The notes under the pieces are model-generated. The model ran no database searches and was not told the origin of the DNA. It saw nothing but the letters and a program-made list of their open reading frames with translations. From assembly GCA_943788915.1 (NCBI GenBank), contig CALSSD010000002.1, positions 1 through 60,264 on the forward strand: a stretch of 60,264 nucleotides of DNA, written 5' to 3'. Shown here piece after piece: positions 48,706-58,397 of this stretch (positions are counted from its first letter, which is position 1; every line of letters begins with the position of its first letter). A program made the position numbers and the translations under genes. Source of the DNA: an uncultured Acidimicrobiales bacterium (GTDB taxonomy: Bacteria > Actinomycetota > Acidimicrobiia > Acidimicrobiales > UBA10347).

Positions 48706-49023
48706 TTACCCAGCTGGTTCCAGAAGTGCTGACGCCATGGCGACTTGCACGACGAGCACGCCGGTTGCAACAACGAGCAGGGCGACACCGAGCGGGGCGT
48801 ATGCGAGCGCCGCAACCGCAGCAGCGATCCACATCCGACCGCAGCTGACAAGTGACCGGCCCACCGTCGTTTGCATCTTCCGCCACGATGCAGGAGTCGT
48901 GTTACGTGCCGTCATGTGTCCCATGTTCGGATTGAGCTGACCCGCCTCCATGCCACGGCCAAGCCACACGAGGCCTCCACCTGTGAGCGCAATGAGTAGA
49001 GCACCGACCAGAACGGCCACCAT
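48706..49023 (-). CDS. Small membrane protein (SdpI-like)
   Basis: Three TM segments with NPNMGH...W...Q...GR, similar to the SdpI pattern. Confidence 0.5.
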   Translation of the reverse strand: MVAVLVGALLIALTGGGLVWLGRGMEAGQLNPNMGHMTARNTTPASWRKMQTTVGRSLVSCGRMWIAAAVAALAYAPLGVALLVVATGVLVVQVAMASALLEPAG

Positions 49024-49028
49024 GTCGA

Positions 49029-49895
49029 TCAGTCCCGATAGCGCCGAACGATCGCGGTGGCGTCCATGCGGTTTTCGCCAGCGTCCTGGGTTGCCTTGAG
49101 GTAGCCGCTCACCAGTTCGGTGAGTGGCGTGCTGGCGCCCATCGCGCCGGCTTCTTCTTGCACCAAGCCCAGGTCCTTGGCCATCCAGTCGACGGCGAAA
49201 CCGAAGTCGAATTCATCATTCACCATGGTCGTACCCCGGTTGCTCAGGTACCACGAGCCTGCAGCGCCCTTGGTTACGGCGGCCAACACCTTGTCCATGT
49301 CCAAGCCAGCCTTCTGGCCGAAGGCGATCGCTTCGGCTGCTCCTTGGATGGCGCCGGCGCAGAGGATCTGGTTACACATTTTGGTGAGCTGGCCGCTGCC
49401 CACTTCGCCAACCAACGTCACCGCTGACGAGTAGGCGTCGATCAGTGGGAGCGCTCGATCGAAGTCGGCTTCTACTCCCCCACACATCACGCTCAACGCA
49501 CCATTCTCGGCACCGGCCTGGCCACCAGAGATCGGCGCATCGACGAAACCAATACTTTTTGCTTCGCAAGCTTGACCGAGCTCTCGAGCCAATTCGGCAG
49601 ATGCCGTGGTGTGGTCAACCAGCACCGAACCTTCGGCCATGGACGCGAGTACACCGTCGTCGCCATAACTGACTGCTCGGACATCGGCGTCGGCGCCCAC
49701 GCAAAGCGCTACGAAATCTGCGCCTCGGGCTGCTTCGGCTGGCGTAGCGCACGCCGTGCCGGCATGTTCACCCGCCCATTGCTCGGACTTGGCCGACGTG
49801 CGATTGAAAACTCGCACCTCGTGACCGGCAGCAGCCAGATGCCCTGCCATTGGGTAACCCATGTTTCCGAGACCGATAAATGCTGCAATTGCCAT
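49029..49895 (-). CDS. Beta-hydroxyacid dehydrogenase (3-hydroxyisobutyrate dehydrogenase family)
   Basis: FIGLGNMG, DAPISGGQAGA, GQLTKMCNQ, FDFGFAVDWMAKDL. Confidence 0.93.
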   Translation of the reverse strand: MAIAAFIGLGNMGYPMAGHLAAAGHEVRVFNRTSAKSEQWAGEHAGTACATPAEAARGADFVALCVGADADVRAVSYGDDGVLASMAEGSVLVDHTTASAELARELGQACEAKSIGFVDAPISGGQAGAENGALSVMCGGVEADFDRALPLIDAYSSAVTLVGEVGSGQLTKMCNQILCAGAIQGAAEAIAFGQKAGLDMDKVLAAVTKGAAGSWYLSNRGTTMVNDEFDFGFAVDWMAKDLGLVQEEAGAMGASTPLTELVSGYLKATQDAGENRMDATAIVRRYRD

Positions 49896-50029
49896 GGAGG
49901 CAATCTACTGCTCGTCAGCGTTGCAGTGGTGGGTCCAGCCGGTCGACCGAGCCACGCCCAGAGACCGGTAACGGACGAAGCAGTCAGCTCCAGGACTACT
50001 CGCCGTAGTCCGAAGCGATCCAGGCCCAG

Positions 50030-50074
50030 CTCACACCCAGTCCACTCACACCCAGTCCACTCACACCCAGTCCA
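50030..50074. repeat. 3 x 15-bp perfect tandem repeat duplicating the end of the TOPRIM gene
   Basis: CTCACACCCAGTCCA x3; each unit reads GAC TGG GTG TGA (DWV*) on the minus strand. Confidence 0.9.
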
Positions 50075-50579
50075 ACAGTTGTCGAAGCGGTGGAGGTGTG
50101 CGGTCAGGAGCGACCTGCGCCGCCATTGCCTCGGCATACCGGACCTTGCGCCCGGCCCGGATGCCGCAGTATCGGTGTACGTGTTGGGCCAGCGTCCGGT
50201 CTCGTTGCGCTGGTTGTTTCTGGACCGTCCGAAACGGCTTCAACTCGCCCTGATCTTCGATGAAAGCCACCATCTCATCCAGACCCATCGCTCGAATGAG
50301 TTCATCTTCGAGGTCGCTGCTGCATACGAAGATGTCGTCGGTATCGAGGTAACGCTCAAAGAAGTGTCGTTCTGGTTCGTCACATAACCCGACAAGATCA
50401 AGGTCACGTCCGGTGGGGCCGTAGGTGCGGACGGCACGTTCGATGTTCGTTGCTCCACCCATGGCGACAACGAGAATACCCTCGTCCGCTAGGTCGCGGC
50501 CTTCGGCCGAAGCAGCAGCGAGTACCGCCTGGCGATCGCTTTCACCTTCGACGAGCACCGCCGTGTGCACGGGGCTCAT
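50061..50579 (-). CDS. Stand-alone OLD-type TOPRIM domain protein
   Basis: VLVEGESD, MGGATN, GLCD, DLEDEL, GRKVRYA. Confidence 0.8.
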   Translation of the reverse strand: MSPVHTAVLVEGESDRQAVLAAASAEGRDLADEGILVVAMGGATNIERAVRTYGPTGRDLDLVGLCDEPERHFFERYLDTDDIFVCSSDLEDELIRAMGLDEMVAFIEDQGELKPFRTVQKQPAQRDRTLAQHVHRYCGIRAGRKVRYAEAMAAQVAPDRTPPPLRQLLDWV

Positions 50580-50773
50580 GTATCGACCGATTGATCGGCG
50601 ACATCGGGCAGTTCGAACTGGTGTCTACTCGAGGCAAACGCCTCGACGCGGCTGCGGCACCCGTCGTTGCCGGCATGCGGGAGGTCGCGTTGCATGCAGG
50701 ACTGCTCAGCCCGGGTTTCGATCGCTGCCGTGCGATCCCTGAGCGTGTTATCGAGACCGAGCGTCACCAGCAC
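50576..50773 (-). pseudogene. Degenerate N-terminal fragment of a HAD hydrolase
   Basis: MLVTLGLDNTLRDRTAA resembles FDLDNTL.DR with the nucleophilic Asp lost; ends after 65 aa. Confidence 0.4.
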
Positions 50774-50839
50774 AAGAACATCACCTCAAGAGTGTTGCAC
50801 TCCGGCATCACACGTGCTGCCGATTACCAAGCCCGTCTA

Positions 50840-51553
50840 TCAGCGGTTGTTGAGCACCGTGGCGATCGCTTCGAAACTTGGCACCGATGCCAACATGCCC
50901 GAGTGAGAGCAACGCACCTCGAGCGAGGTCGCCCGCTCATCGAGACAGGCCTGCCACTCGACTATCCCATCGGTCTTTGACCAGACGGTTGTCCATGGCA
51001 CGTCGACATCGAACGGTGAAAGCAGGTCGTTCTCGTAGACAGCGTCGCCTTCCGGATCGGCTTGTGGACCAAAGGGAAACCGAGCCAGAACGCGCAATGC
51101 CTCGATCGACGAGCGAAGCACGATCTGGCGAGGCAGGTGCATACGCACCGGCGCCCCCAGTGTGATGAGTTGAGAGACGCGGCTGGGATGGCGTTGCGAA
51201 GCAACTCGACATTGTTGGCCACCTCGGCTGTGACCTATCAGGATCGACGGTTTGTCGCCGTCCATAAGTGCTTCGGCAATCCGGCCAGCCGCGTGGGTGC
51301 TGCTCGCAGCATTGCGGCCGACATCGGCCACGCACACGTCGTACCCGGCGCTCAGAAGCCACGGCTGCAACGCTGAAGCGCTCGAGGCGCCGGCCAGATA
51401 ACCCGTGACCAGGACGATCCGTTCGTTTGCAACCGGGTCAAGACGAATCGCTGAAGCGTTCAACCGAGCGCGTTCGCCAGGAGCGCGCGCTTCATTCCAG
51501 ACGGGACGACCAAGTGCACCGGCAAGAGGTGACGGCAACGGTGGCAGCGGCAC
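50840..51553 (-). CDS. Alpha/beta hydrolase (esterase/lipase-like)
   Basis: GHSRGG nucleophile elbow, ITLGAP, SKTDGIV, CSHSGM. Confidence 0.88.
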   Translation of the reverse strand: MPLPPLPSPLAGALGRPVWNEARAPGERARLNASAIRLDPVANERIVLVTGYLAGASSASALQPWLLSAGYDVCVADVGRNAASSTHAAGRIAEALMDGDKPSILIGHSRGGQQCRVASQRHPSRVSQLITLGAPVRMHLPRQIVLRSSIEALRVLARFPFGPQADPEGDAVYENDLLSPFDVDVPWTTVWSKTDGIVEWQACLDERATSLEVRCSHSGMLASVPSFEAIATVLNNR

Positions 51554-51604
51554 GGACTACACGATATTGCTCGACTCACCGCGAGGTCCGCCCCAACCGA
51601 ACCT

Positions 51605-53011
51605 TTAGAGAACGGGCAGCGTGAATCCCACTTCGGCTCCGCCGGTCGGTGCGTCTCGGGCCCACACGCCGCCGCCGTGTTCAGTCGCTGCTTTAGCAAC
51701 GATGGCAAGACCCAACCCTGAACCAGGAGCTGACCGGTCACGATCACTGCGATAGAACCGATCGAAGATCCGCGTGCGCTCAGCTGGCTCGATGCCAGGA
51801 CCCTCGTCAGATACGAAAAGTGAACCTTGTGACACCGTCACGGTAATCGGCAGCCCTTCGGGGCTGTACTTGTCGGCATTGCCGATGAGGTTCTGCGCTG
51901 CACGGACCAACGCCGATTGATCGCCCAGGACCTCGCTGGGTGAGAGTCGACGGACGACGGGACGCGCCGACCGCAACGCAAACTGTGCAAGGGCCGCATC
52001 CGCGACATTCGCGAGATCCACCGGTTCGAAGCTTGCCGTATCGCGAGATTCCGTAGCCAGTTCGACGACCTCGGCAAGAACAGCACTCAGCTCGGCCAGT
52101 TCGGCCTTGATGCTCGCCAGGGTCGAACGACGTTCGCCTTCGTCGAGGCCGGTGGCCATTCCAAGAAAGTCGATGTTTGCCCGCACGCTTGTCAGTGGTG
52201 TCCGTAATTCGTGGGCAGCGTCTTGCACCAACCGTTGTTGTTGATCGCGGCTGGCGCCGAGTGTCTTCAACAGAGCGTCGAACTCCTCGGATAGCCGACC
52301 GATCTCGTCGCTACGGCGTAACACAACCGGCGTGGACAGGTCCTCGGTTGCTGCGACGGTTTCGATCGTATTCGTAAGGCGCCGTAACGGCCGGGTGGCG
52401 GTTTGTGCGATGCCCCACCCCAGAAGCGCCGCTAGCACGGAAATACCACCACCCACGAGCAGTAGCTCGGACCGGAGATCCCCCAGGAGTGCATTCGTGG
52501 TACTCAAACTCTGCGCTACCTGCACAGCCCCACCACCCTCGACATGGCGAGTGATCATGCGGTAGTCCTCGCCATCCACCTCGATAGTGCGCAACAAGAG
52601 TGGCTCGAACCGGTTGAGGAACTTCTCATCAACCTTTTCAACGGGCAACGCAACACCCGCCGTGACGATGATGTTGCCATCGGCGTTTAGCAGCTGGACC
52701 TCGGCATCGGAGTCAACCAGAGAACGTATGTCATCGATAACGTCCTCGGCGGCGGCATCGGCTGGCCTGGGGAGATCACTGCGATTGCCTTGCCCCAGCC
52801 GGTTACCGGCGACTCGAGGAATATCTGCTCGACGCCCCTCTGCGACGTCGAGAGATCGGACTTTCAGGAAACTATCAATGTCGGCGTTGACCTGCCGGCT
52901 TGTTGAATCAGCACTAACTCCTGCGGTAACCAGCGCAGTGAGCGCTGCGAGCAGCGCGAACACCAGCGCCAGCCGAGCACCCAGGCCAAACGTGCGACGA
53001 GGTGTCTGCAT
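51605..53011 (-). CDS. HAMP sensor histidine kinase (MprB-like)
   Basis: DEIGRL, DAAHELRTPLTS, NLIGNADKYS, DEGPGI, FDRFYR, GSGLGL. Confidence 0.95.
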   Translation of the reverse strand: MQTPRRTFGLGARLALVFALLAALTALVTAGVSADSTSRQVNADIDSFLKVRSLDVAEGRRADIPRVAGNRLGQGNRSDLPRPADAAAEDVIDDIRSLVDSDAEVQLLNADGNIIVTAGVALPVEKVDEKFLNRFEPLLLRTIEVDGEDYRMITRHVEGGGAVQVAQSLSTTNALLGDLRSELLLVGGGISVLAALLGWGIAQTATRPLRRLTNTIETVAATEDLSTPVVLRRSDEIGRLSEEFDALLKTLGASRDQQQRLVQDAAHELRTPLTSVRANIDFLGMATGLDEGERRSTLASIKAELAELSAVLAEVVELATESRDTASFEPVDLANVADAALAQFALRSARPVVRRLSPSEVLGDQSALVRAAQNLIGNADKYSPEGLPITVTVSQGSLFVSDEGPGIEPAERTRIFDRFYRSDRDRSAPGSGLGLAIVAKAATEHGGGVWARDAPTGGAEVGFTLPVL

Positions 53012-53694
53012 CAGGGCCGGAGCACAAAACCGATACCGCGCACCGTTTCGATCATGCGGTCGGCGCCGCTTGCTTCGAGTTTGCGGCGCAGGTACCCGAC
53101 ATGGACATCTAGGGATCGAGACGAGCCGTCGAAGTCATATCCCCACACCCGTTCGTACATGACGCCCCGTTCGAGGACGATGCCAACATTTCGCAACAAC
53201 AACGCCAGTATCTCGAACTCGGTCCGAGTCAGTTCGATTGGAGTGTCCCCCATCTTGACCTCGTGGCGCTGAGGATCGAGCACCAGGTCGCCCGCCTGTA
53301 GAACTTCTGATTCGTCGGGCAATGCTCGACGCAACAGCGCCCGGATACGAGCGAGCAACTCTTCGAGGTCGAAAGGTTTTGGCAAGTAATCGTCGGCACC
53401 AGCGTCGAGACCAGCAACACGGTCGCTGATCTCGTGGCGTGCGGTAAGCATGAGCACAGGAGTGCGGTTGCCCCGTTCACGGATTCGGCGACAGACCGAA
53501 AGACCGTCGACAAACGGCATCATTACATCGAGCACGATCAGGTCGGGTTCTTGTTCGGTGATGGCCTCGAGCGCCGCGGCACCATCGTTTACGGTGATGG
53601 GTTGATAACCCTCGTAGCGCAAGATCCGCTCGAGCGCGGTACGTATCTCGGTGTCGTCTTCGGCCACGAGAACTGTCGCTGGTTGCTGATTCAT
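53011..53694 (-). CDS. OmpR-family response regulator (MprA-like)
   Basis: AEDD, LDVMMP, GADDYLPKPF, LTRTEFEIL, ETVRGIGF. Confidence 0.95.
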   Translation of the reverse strand: MNQQPATVLVAEDDTEIRTALERILRYEGYQPITVNDGAAALEAITEQEPDLIVLDVMMPFVDGLSVCRRIRERGNRTPVLMLTARHEISDRVAGLDAGADDYLPKPFDLEELLARIRALLRRALPDESEVLQAGDLVLDPQRHEVKMGDTPIELTRTEFEILALLLRNVGIVLERGVMYERVWGYDFDGSSRSLDVHVGYLRRKLEASGADRMIETVRGIGFVLRP

Positions 53695-53740
53695 AATGCC
53701 GGTCCTAGTCCGACTCCATGGTAGTGACGCGTGGCGAGCA

Positions 53741-55375
53741 CTACTGGCCCCTGCTATCGGGGTCGACACCAGCGGCCGTCAACATGTCCGCCATGAAGAA
53801 GTCACCGGTACCGACTCGGGACGCAAGAGTCGGTCGCCATCCAACGCCGGCAGTAAGAATCGAATTCGGGTCCATCTGCAACAGGCCGATGAAGACTTCG
53901 CCCACGATGCGACCTCCAACCGGCCCGAGTCGCATCCCGTCTTCTACAACGTCGGCTTCGCGCAGGATGTACAGCCATAACGGGGTAGCACCTGCGAGGC
54001 GAGGGACAATGTCGTTAACGTCGACCAGGTCACGTGCTGTGAGCCGGTCAACGCCCATTCGCGCTGCCACATCTTGACCGGACGGGATCCCCCAGGTGAT
54101 GTGGCGCAGTAGGTTCCGCGTTGCCAACGATGTCGGACCCAACGGTTCCCCTCGCGATGTCGAGATGGAACCCATCGGTAGCTGGAAGAGTGGCGTGGAG
54201 ATCTGGGTGTCGATCTTCTTGTTCGGTTTGACCTCACCATCGCCGAAGTCGAAGAACGTTTGCCAACCAATGAACCGGCGGGGCGCCCGACTCCCGCCGT
54301 TCATGTCAGCCGGGTCGTTCTTGCCAAACTCTGCCGGGTCGAACACCATGCCAAAGAACGGTTCGCCGTTGTCACCTGCCATGTTCGCTCGATACGACGG
54401 CCGAATCATCGAGTGGCCGAAACGGTACGCCGACGCCTGGAACTCGACGGGGATCGTGGGCGTCGACGTTGTGAAGTGTTTTCGTCCATTGGTCAGGATG
54501 TCGTCGACCATGGATTGGCCAATGAACTGCGGCAAAAACTGATGCAGGATCAACCACTGGTAGTGCCAGGTGACGAGGCGTTGTGCTTCTGCGAACGCTT
54601 CATCGCCGTCGAGATCGGTGGTGGCACGAACCCGCTCAACGACTGCATTGTGAAACTTCAGAAAGGCTACGTGGATACCGGCGATCATGAGATTCTCATC
54701 GTTGCGAGCATCGGCGATACGTGCTTGACCACTGCTGTCGCGAGGTAGATCTTCAAACAGGCCGCCACTCTCGACTTTGAACAAGATGTTGTCGTCGCTT
54801 CGATACAACTGCGGCGAGTCTGCGGGGTTCCCGCCGTACACGCTGTCAAGGTCGAAGCGTGCCGAACTCAGGTTGGTGCTGCGATTGAGCGACTGCGGCT
54901 GACCGAGTGTGGAGCCTGCGTCTCGGGTGATGTCATGGTCCAAGAACTGTCCCATGAACGTCGTGCCCGCAGTGTGGTTCGGATTGTTTGCGTTGTTGAC
55001 GCTGAGTTCCGGCTCAGTGATCAGCCGGATCGGTCCTTCTTCGAGCGGATCCTTGGCATCAAGCAGACCGCCACGGGCGCCGAGTTCGGCCAGCATGGCT
55101 GTGAGTTCATCATCGACCTCATCAAACGGCTGCGCACCTTCGAAGATGCGGGAAAACTGCGCTGGGCCAACTGCTTGACCACCGTCGTTTGGGGGGACGC
55201 CTCGCCCTCGGGCGGAGCCGCCCCGTCGACCACGTCGGCCCTCTTGTGCAGCGGCGACACTCGGCACACCTAACACCACCGTTCCCGCAGCCAGACTTCC
55301 AAGCACCTTACGCCTGCTCATCGTGCCTGCCGGCGGGTCGGTCTCGGTGTTCGGCTCGGTGTTGGCGTCTGCCAT
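53741..55375 (-). CDS. Tat-exported heme peroxidase (peroxidase-cyclooxygenase superfamily)
   Basis: Tat signal SRRKVL...AAA; GQFLDHDIT (distal His), DLDSVYG, DARNDEN, AYRFGHSM (proximal His), TPLWLYILRE. Confidence 0.88.
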   Translation of the reverse strand: MADANTEPNTETDPPAGTMSRRKVLGSLAAGTVVLGVPSVAAAQEGRRGRRGGSARGRGVPPNDGGQAVGPAQFSRIFEGAQPFDEVDDELTAMLAELGARGGLLDAKDPLEEGPIRLITEPELSVNNANNPNHTAGTTFMGQFLDHDITRDAGSTLGQPQSLNRSTNLSSARFDLDSVYGGNPADSPQLYRSDDNILFKVESGGLFEDLPRDSSGQARIADARNDENLMIAGIHVAFLKFHNAVVERVRATTDLDGDEAFAEAQRLVTWHYQWLILHQFLPQFIGQSMVDDILTNGRKHFTTSTPTIPVEFQASAYRFGHSMIRPSYRANMAGDNGEPFFGMVFDPAEFGKNDPADMNGGSRAPRRFIGWQTFFDFGDGEVKPNKKIDTQISTPLFQLPMGSISTSRGEPLGPTSLATRNLLRHITWGIPSGQDVAARMGVDRLTARDLVDVNDIVPRLAGATPLWLYILREADVVEDGMRLGPVGGRIVGEVFIGLLQMDPNSILTAGVGWRPTLASRVGTGDFFMADMLTAAGVDPDSRGQ

Positions 55376-55537
55376 GGTCGCTGGTCCCCTGGTTTGTCGA
55401 GTGCTTAAAGCGAACCAGTGGCCCTGCAAGCATCTGCCAACGATTCGGCAAGATTGTGGCAAGGCGCGCAGACAGACGTCTCGCCGCGGATTTGGGTAGG
55501 ACTCGCGACTATCGGGGGTAGCCGACCACCGATTCTC

Positions 55538-57229
55538 TCAGTGAAACAGTTCCTCGAATACGCCATAGGCCCCAATCGTGAGTGTGGCATCGAGATCGAT
55601 CGGCGTTGAACGACGGAAGATGGTGCTCACGTCGTGGTCGACAGTCAGCCCTCCGATCTCGACCGGGGTGCGGCGTTCGATGTAATCGACAACGTTGGCG
55701 AGATGGTCAGCGAGATATCCGCGACGGTTCGCCTTGTTGGTGGCCGCTTCGGCGGGTGCTCCGTCGGACACGACGACCAACACCTTGCGGCGTTCGGGCC
55801 GGCGCATGAGCCGGCCGTGGGCCCAGATGATGGCTTCGCCGTCGATGCTCTCACGGAAGTGACGAGTGAGCTGCATAGACGCCAACGAGTGCCTGGACCG
55901 CTTCCATGTCGTGTCAGCGTCCTTGTAGACGACCCGACACACCTCGGATAGCCGGCCGGGGTTTTCGGGTTTTCCGGCTGCCTTCCAATCGGTCATTGCC
56001 CGGCCACCGGTCCATGCTGCCGTGGTGTGACCCAGGATTTCGTGTGGCACTCGAGCCAGGTCCAGGGCCCGACTCAAGGTGTCGGCCAGCACCGCCAATG
56101 TCTCGTACCGTTGTGCCTTCATCGAACCTGAGTTGTCCATCAGGATGCTCACGACTGTGTCACTGCGCAACACATGGCGAGGGGTTTGAAAGACTTCCCT
56201 AGCCATGGGATTAGCGATGAGTTGGGGTAGCCGCCGCCCATCGACGATTCCCTCGTCGACACCGAACCGCCACTCGTCGGCTTCCCACGTGCCAAACAGT
56301 CGCCGTAGCCGGAGCGCTATCCGCTGGGCACTCACCGATTGGGCCTGCACGAGCAGATCGAGGTCCGTCCGAGCTTTGCGCCGCTGCGCGAGCGAGTAGA
56401 GCTCGCTCCCGTGCTGCTCGACGTCGTATTCGGTGGTGAAGATCCGGTAGTCGCCGAGCTCCGCCAACGTCTGCTCACGGTCCTCGTCAGGGAGCTGCTG
56501 CAATGGCGATGCCGGTCGTGCCGTCGTCGCTGCCGTCGTCCATGTCGAGCCACTCCGGCGGCACGAGCATCTGGTAGCGAGCTGAGCCGGCGGTGCCGTC
56601 GGCGAACTCGCTGGCCTCGGCCAGCTCGGTGATGAGCCTGGCGATCTCCAATGAATCGAGCAGCGAACGCTGCTTGATCGTCGACGTGTCCCGGCAGTTC
56701 CTTCAGTGCGTGGCCGATCAGACGTCCGAGCCAGGCGACCTCGTGGCATCTCGATGATGCTGTCGATCTCTTCGTCGGTCATGCCGAGCCGCAGCCGGGC
56801 ACGCGCCATATGCGTCAGCGTGTACACGAGGAGGCCTACGCCGCTCTCGGCAACACCATTGGCTCTGAGCGTTCTGGCACCAGGCTTCAGAGGCCGCTGC
56901 GAGGTTGTCCCGCACACCCTTCAGGTCCGGCGCCAGCGCCTGGCAGCGCAGTTGCTCCAGCAGGTCGAAGATCACCCGCTCGAGCGGGTCCTCCGGTACC
57001 AACGACGCGTGCAGACGCACGGTCCGTGTGCCGCAGCAGCAAGTGCTACGGCGTCGCCCAGGCCACGCATGACCGCTGGTGTCTGATTGTCGGCCAACGT
57101 CAGGAACGGCGAGGCAATATCGACCGACTTGTTCCCACTCGTAAGCCTGCCGCCCCGAAACTCGGCCTTTGGATCGCGGCCGAGGGCACGTACCGCAGCG
57201 GAACGTTGCCGCTCAAGCGCCTTAGTCAT
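55538..57229 (-). CDS. CobT-like vWA protein, interrupted by about six single-base insertions between ~56500 and ~57045
   Basis: RGLGDAVAL..RH.D, FDLLEQLRC in the N-part; EGIVDGRRL, MIDAS DNSGSM, ESIDGEA, VVSDGAP in the C-part. Confidence 0.8.
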
Positions 57230-57251
57230 TCGCCAACGAAGACATGCAGCA

Positions 57252-58160
57252 TCACTGGTTGCCGAAGGCGCGCTGCCAATATTCGTCGAGGATTGGCCGT
57301 TCGGCTTCGTCGCACTTGTTCAAGAACGACAGCTCGAAGGCTCGACGGATGTCGCCGAAGATGGCGGTGTTTTCGGCCCAATCGATCACGGTGCGGGGCG
57401 ACATCACCGTGGAGATGTCACCAGCAATGAATCCCTGACGGGTCATGTCTGCCATGGCCACCATTTCGGTGACCTGAGCGGCATCCGGAACCCGCCCGAG
57501 CACGATCTCCGCTTCGGCGTCGGCTTCCAGGTAGTCCAGCCGGGCGACGATGTTCCAACGGTCGACTTGGGCCTGATTAAGCAGCTGGGTCCCATGGTAG
57601 AGACCCGTCATGTCGCCAAGACCAACCGTGTTGGCTGTGGCGAACAGCCGGAAACCAGTATGCGGCGTGAGCACCCGGTTCTGATCAAGCATGGTGAAAC
57701 GACCCTCGCGTTCGAGGATCCGCTGGATCACGAACATGACGTCGGGACGCCCGGCATCAAGTTCATCGAACACCAGAGCGACAGGCCGCTGGATCGCCCA
57801 CGGCAATACACCTTCGACGAACTCGGTGACCTGTTGACCGTCGCGCACCACGACTGCATCGCGGCCGACAAGGTCCATCCGACTGATGTGACCATCGAGG
57901 TTAACCCGCACCATCGGCCAGTTCAGCCGGGCAGCTACCTGCTCGATATGTGTCGACTTGCCAGTGCCGTGATACCCCTGCACCAACACACGGCGATTGT
58001 GTGTGAAACCGGCCAAGATGGCCTGGGTGACCTCAGGGTCAAACCGATACGCCCCGTCGAGCTCAGGCACATAATCAGCAAACTCACCCGGGTCAAGAAC
58101 CTCAACCTTCAGGTCGCTCTCAAACCCAAACAAATCAGCAGTGGTAGCGAACTCAGTCAC
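57252..58160 (-). CDS. CobS-like MoxR-family AAA+ ATPase
   Basis: Walker [25 protein letters not shown], Walker [28 protein letters not shown]; own TAGGTT-N6-GTG promoter. Confidence 0.9.
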   Translation of the reverse strand: MTEFATTADLFGFESDLKVEVLDPGEFADYVPELDGAYRFDPEVTQAILAGFTHNRRVLVQGYHGTGKSTHIEQVAARLNWPMVRVNLDGHISRMDLVGRDAVVVRDGQQVTEFVEGVLPWAIQRPVALVFDELDAGRPDVMFVIQRILEREGRFTMLDQNRVLTPHTGFRLFATANTVGLGDMTGLYHGTQLLNQAQVDRWNIVARLDYLEADAEAEIVLGRVPDAAQVTEMVAMADMTRQGFIAGDISTVMSPRTVIDWAENTAIFGDIRRAFELSFLNKCDEAERPILDEYWQRAFGNQ

Positions 58161-58199
58161 GTGCAGAACCTATCGAGGAAGTCGCGGGTCAAGAACATT

Positions 58200-58394
58200 G
58201 GCAGGAGCGAGGGACGAGCGGGCGGAGCCGAGGGACGAGGCGACCAGGAGCACTGGTCACCATGTCCGACGAACGTCGGCCCAAGCGGAGCGAAGAAACA
58301 CAGGACGAGCGGGCAGCGGTGAGGGACGAACCGCCCCTCACCACCCAAAACCATGTCCGACGAACGCCGGCCCAAGCGGAGCGGTGAAACGCAG
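58200..58394. repeat. Two diverged units of the 102-bp repeat family seen at 32292-32616
   Basis: Shared blocks GGACGAGCGGGC and CCATGTCCGACGAACGYCGGCCCMAGCGGAGCG. Confidence 0.9.
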
Positions 58395-58397
58395 CCC

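Noticed and set aside
55538..58160. Cobalamin biosynthesis (cobaltochelatase) locus
   Set aside because: No cobN or other cob/cbi genes in the window; the context is xsc
57087..58322. 411-aa plus-strand ORF, and similar antisense ORFs such as 44072-45124
   Set aside because: Antisense shadows of GC-rich real genes with no motifs
58351..58394. Hammerhead ribozyme (CCGACGA...GAAAC resembles CUGANGA...GAAAC)
   Set aside because: Core U is C, there is no stem I between GUC and the core, and the 32-kb copies have GCAAC
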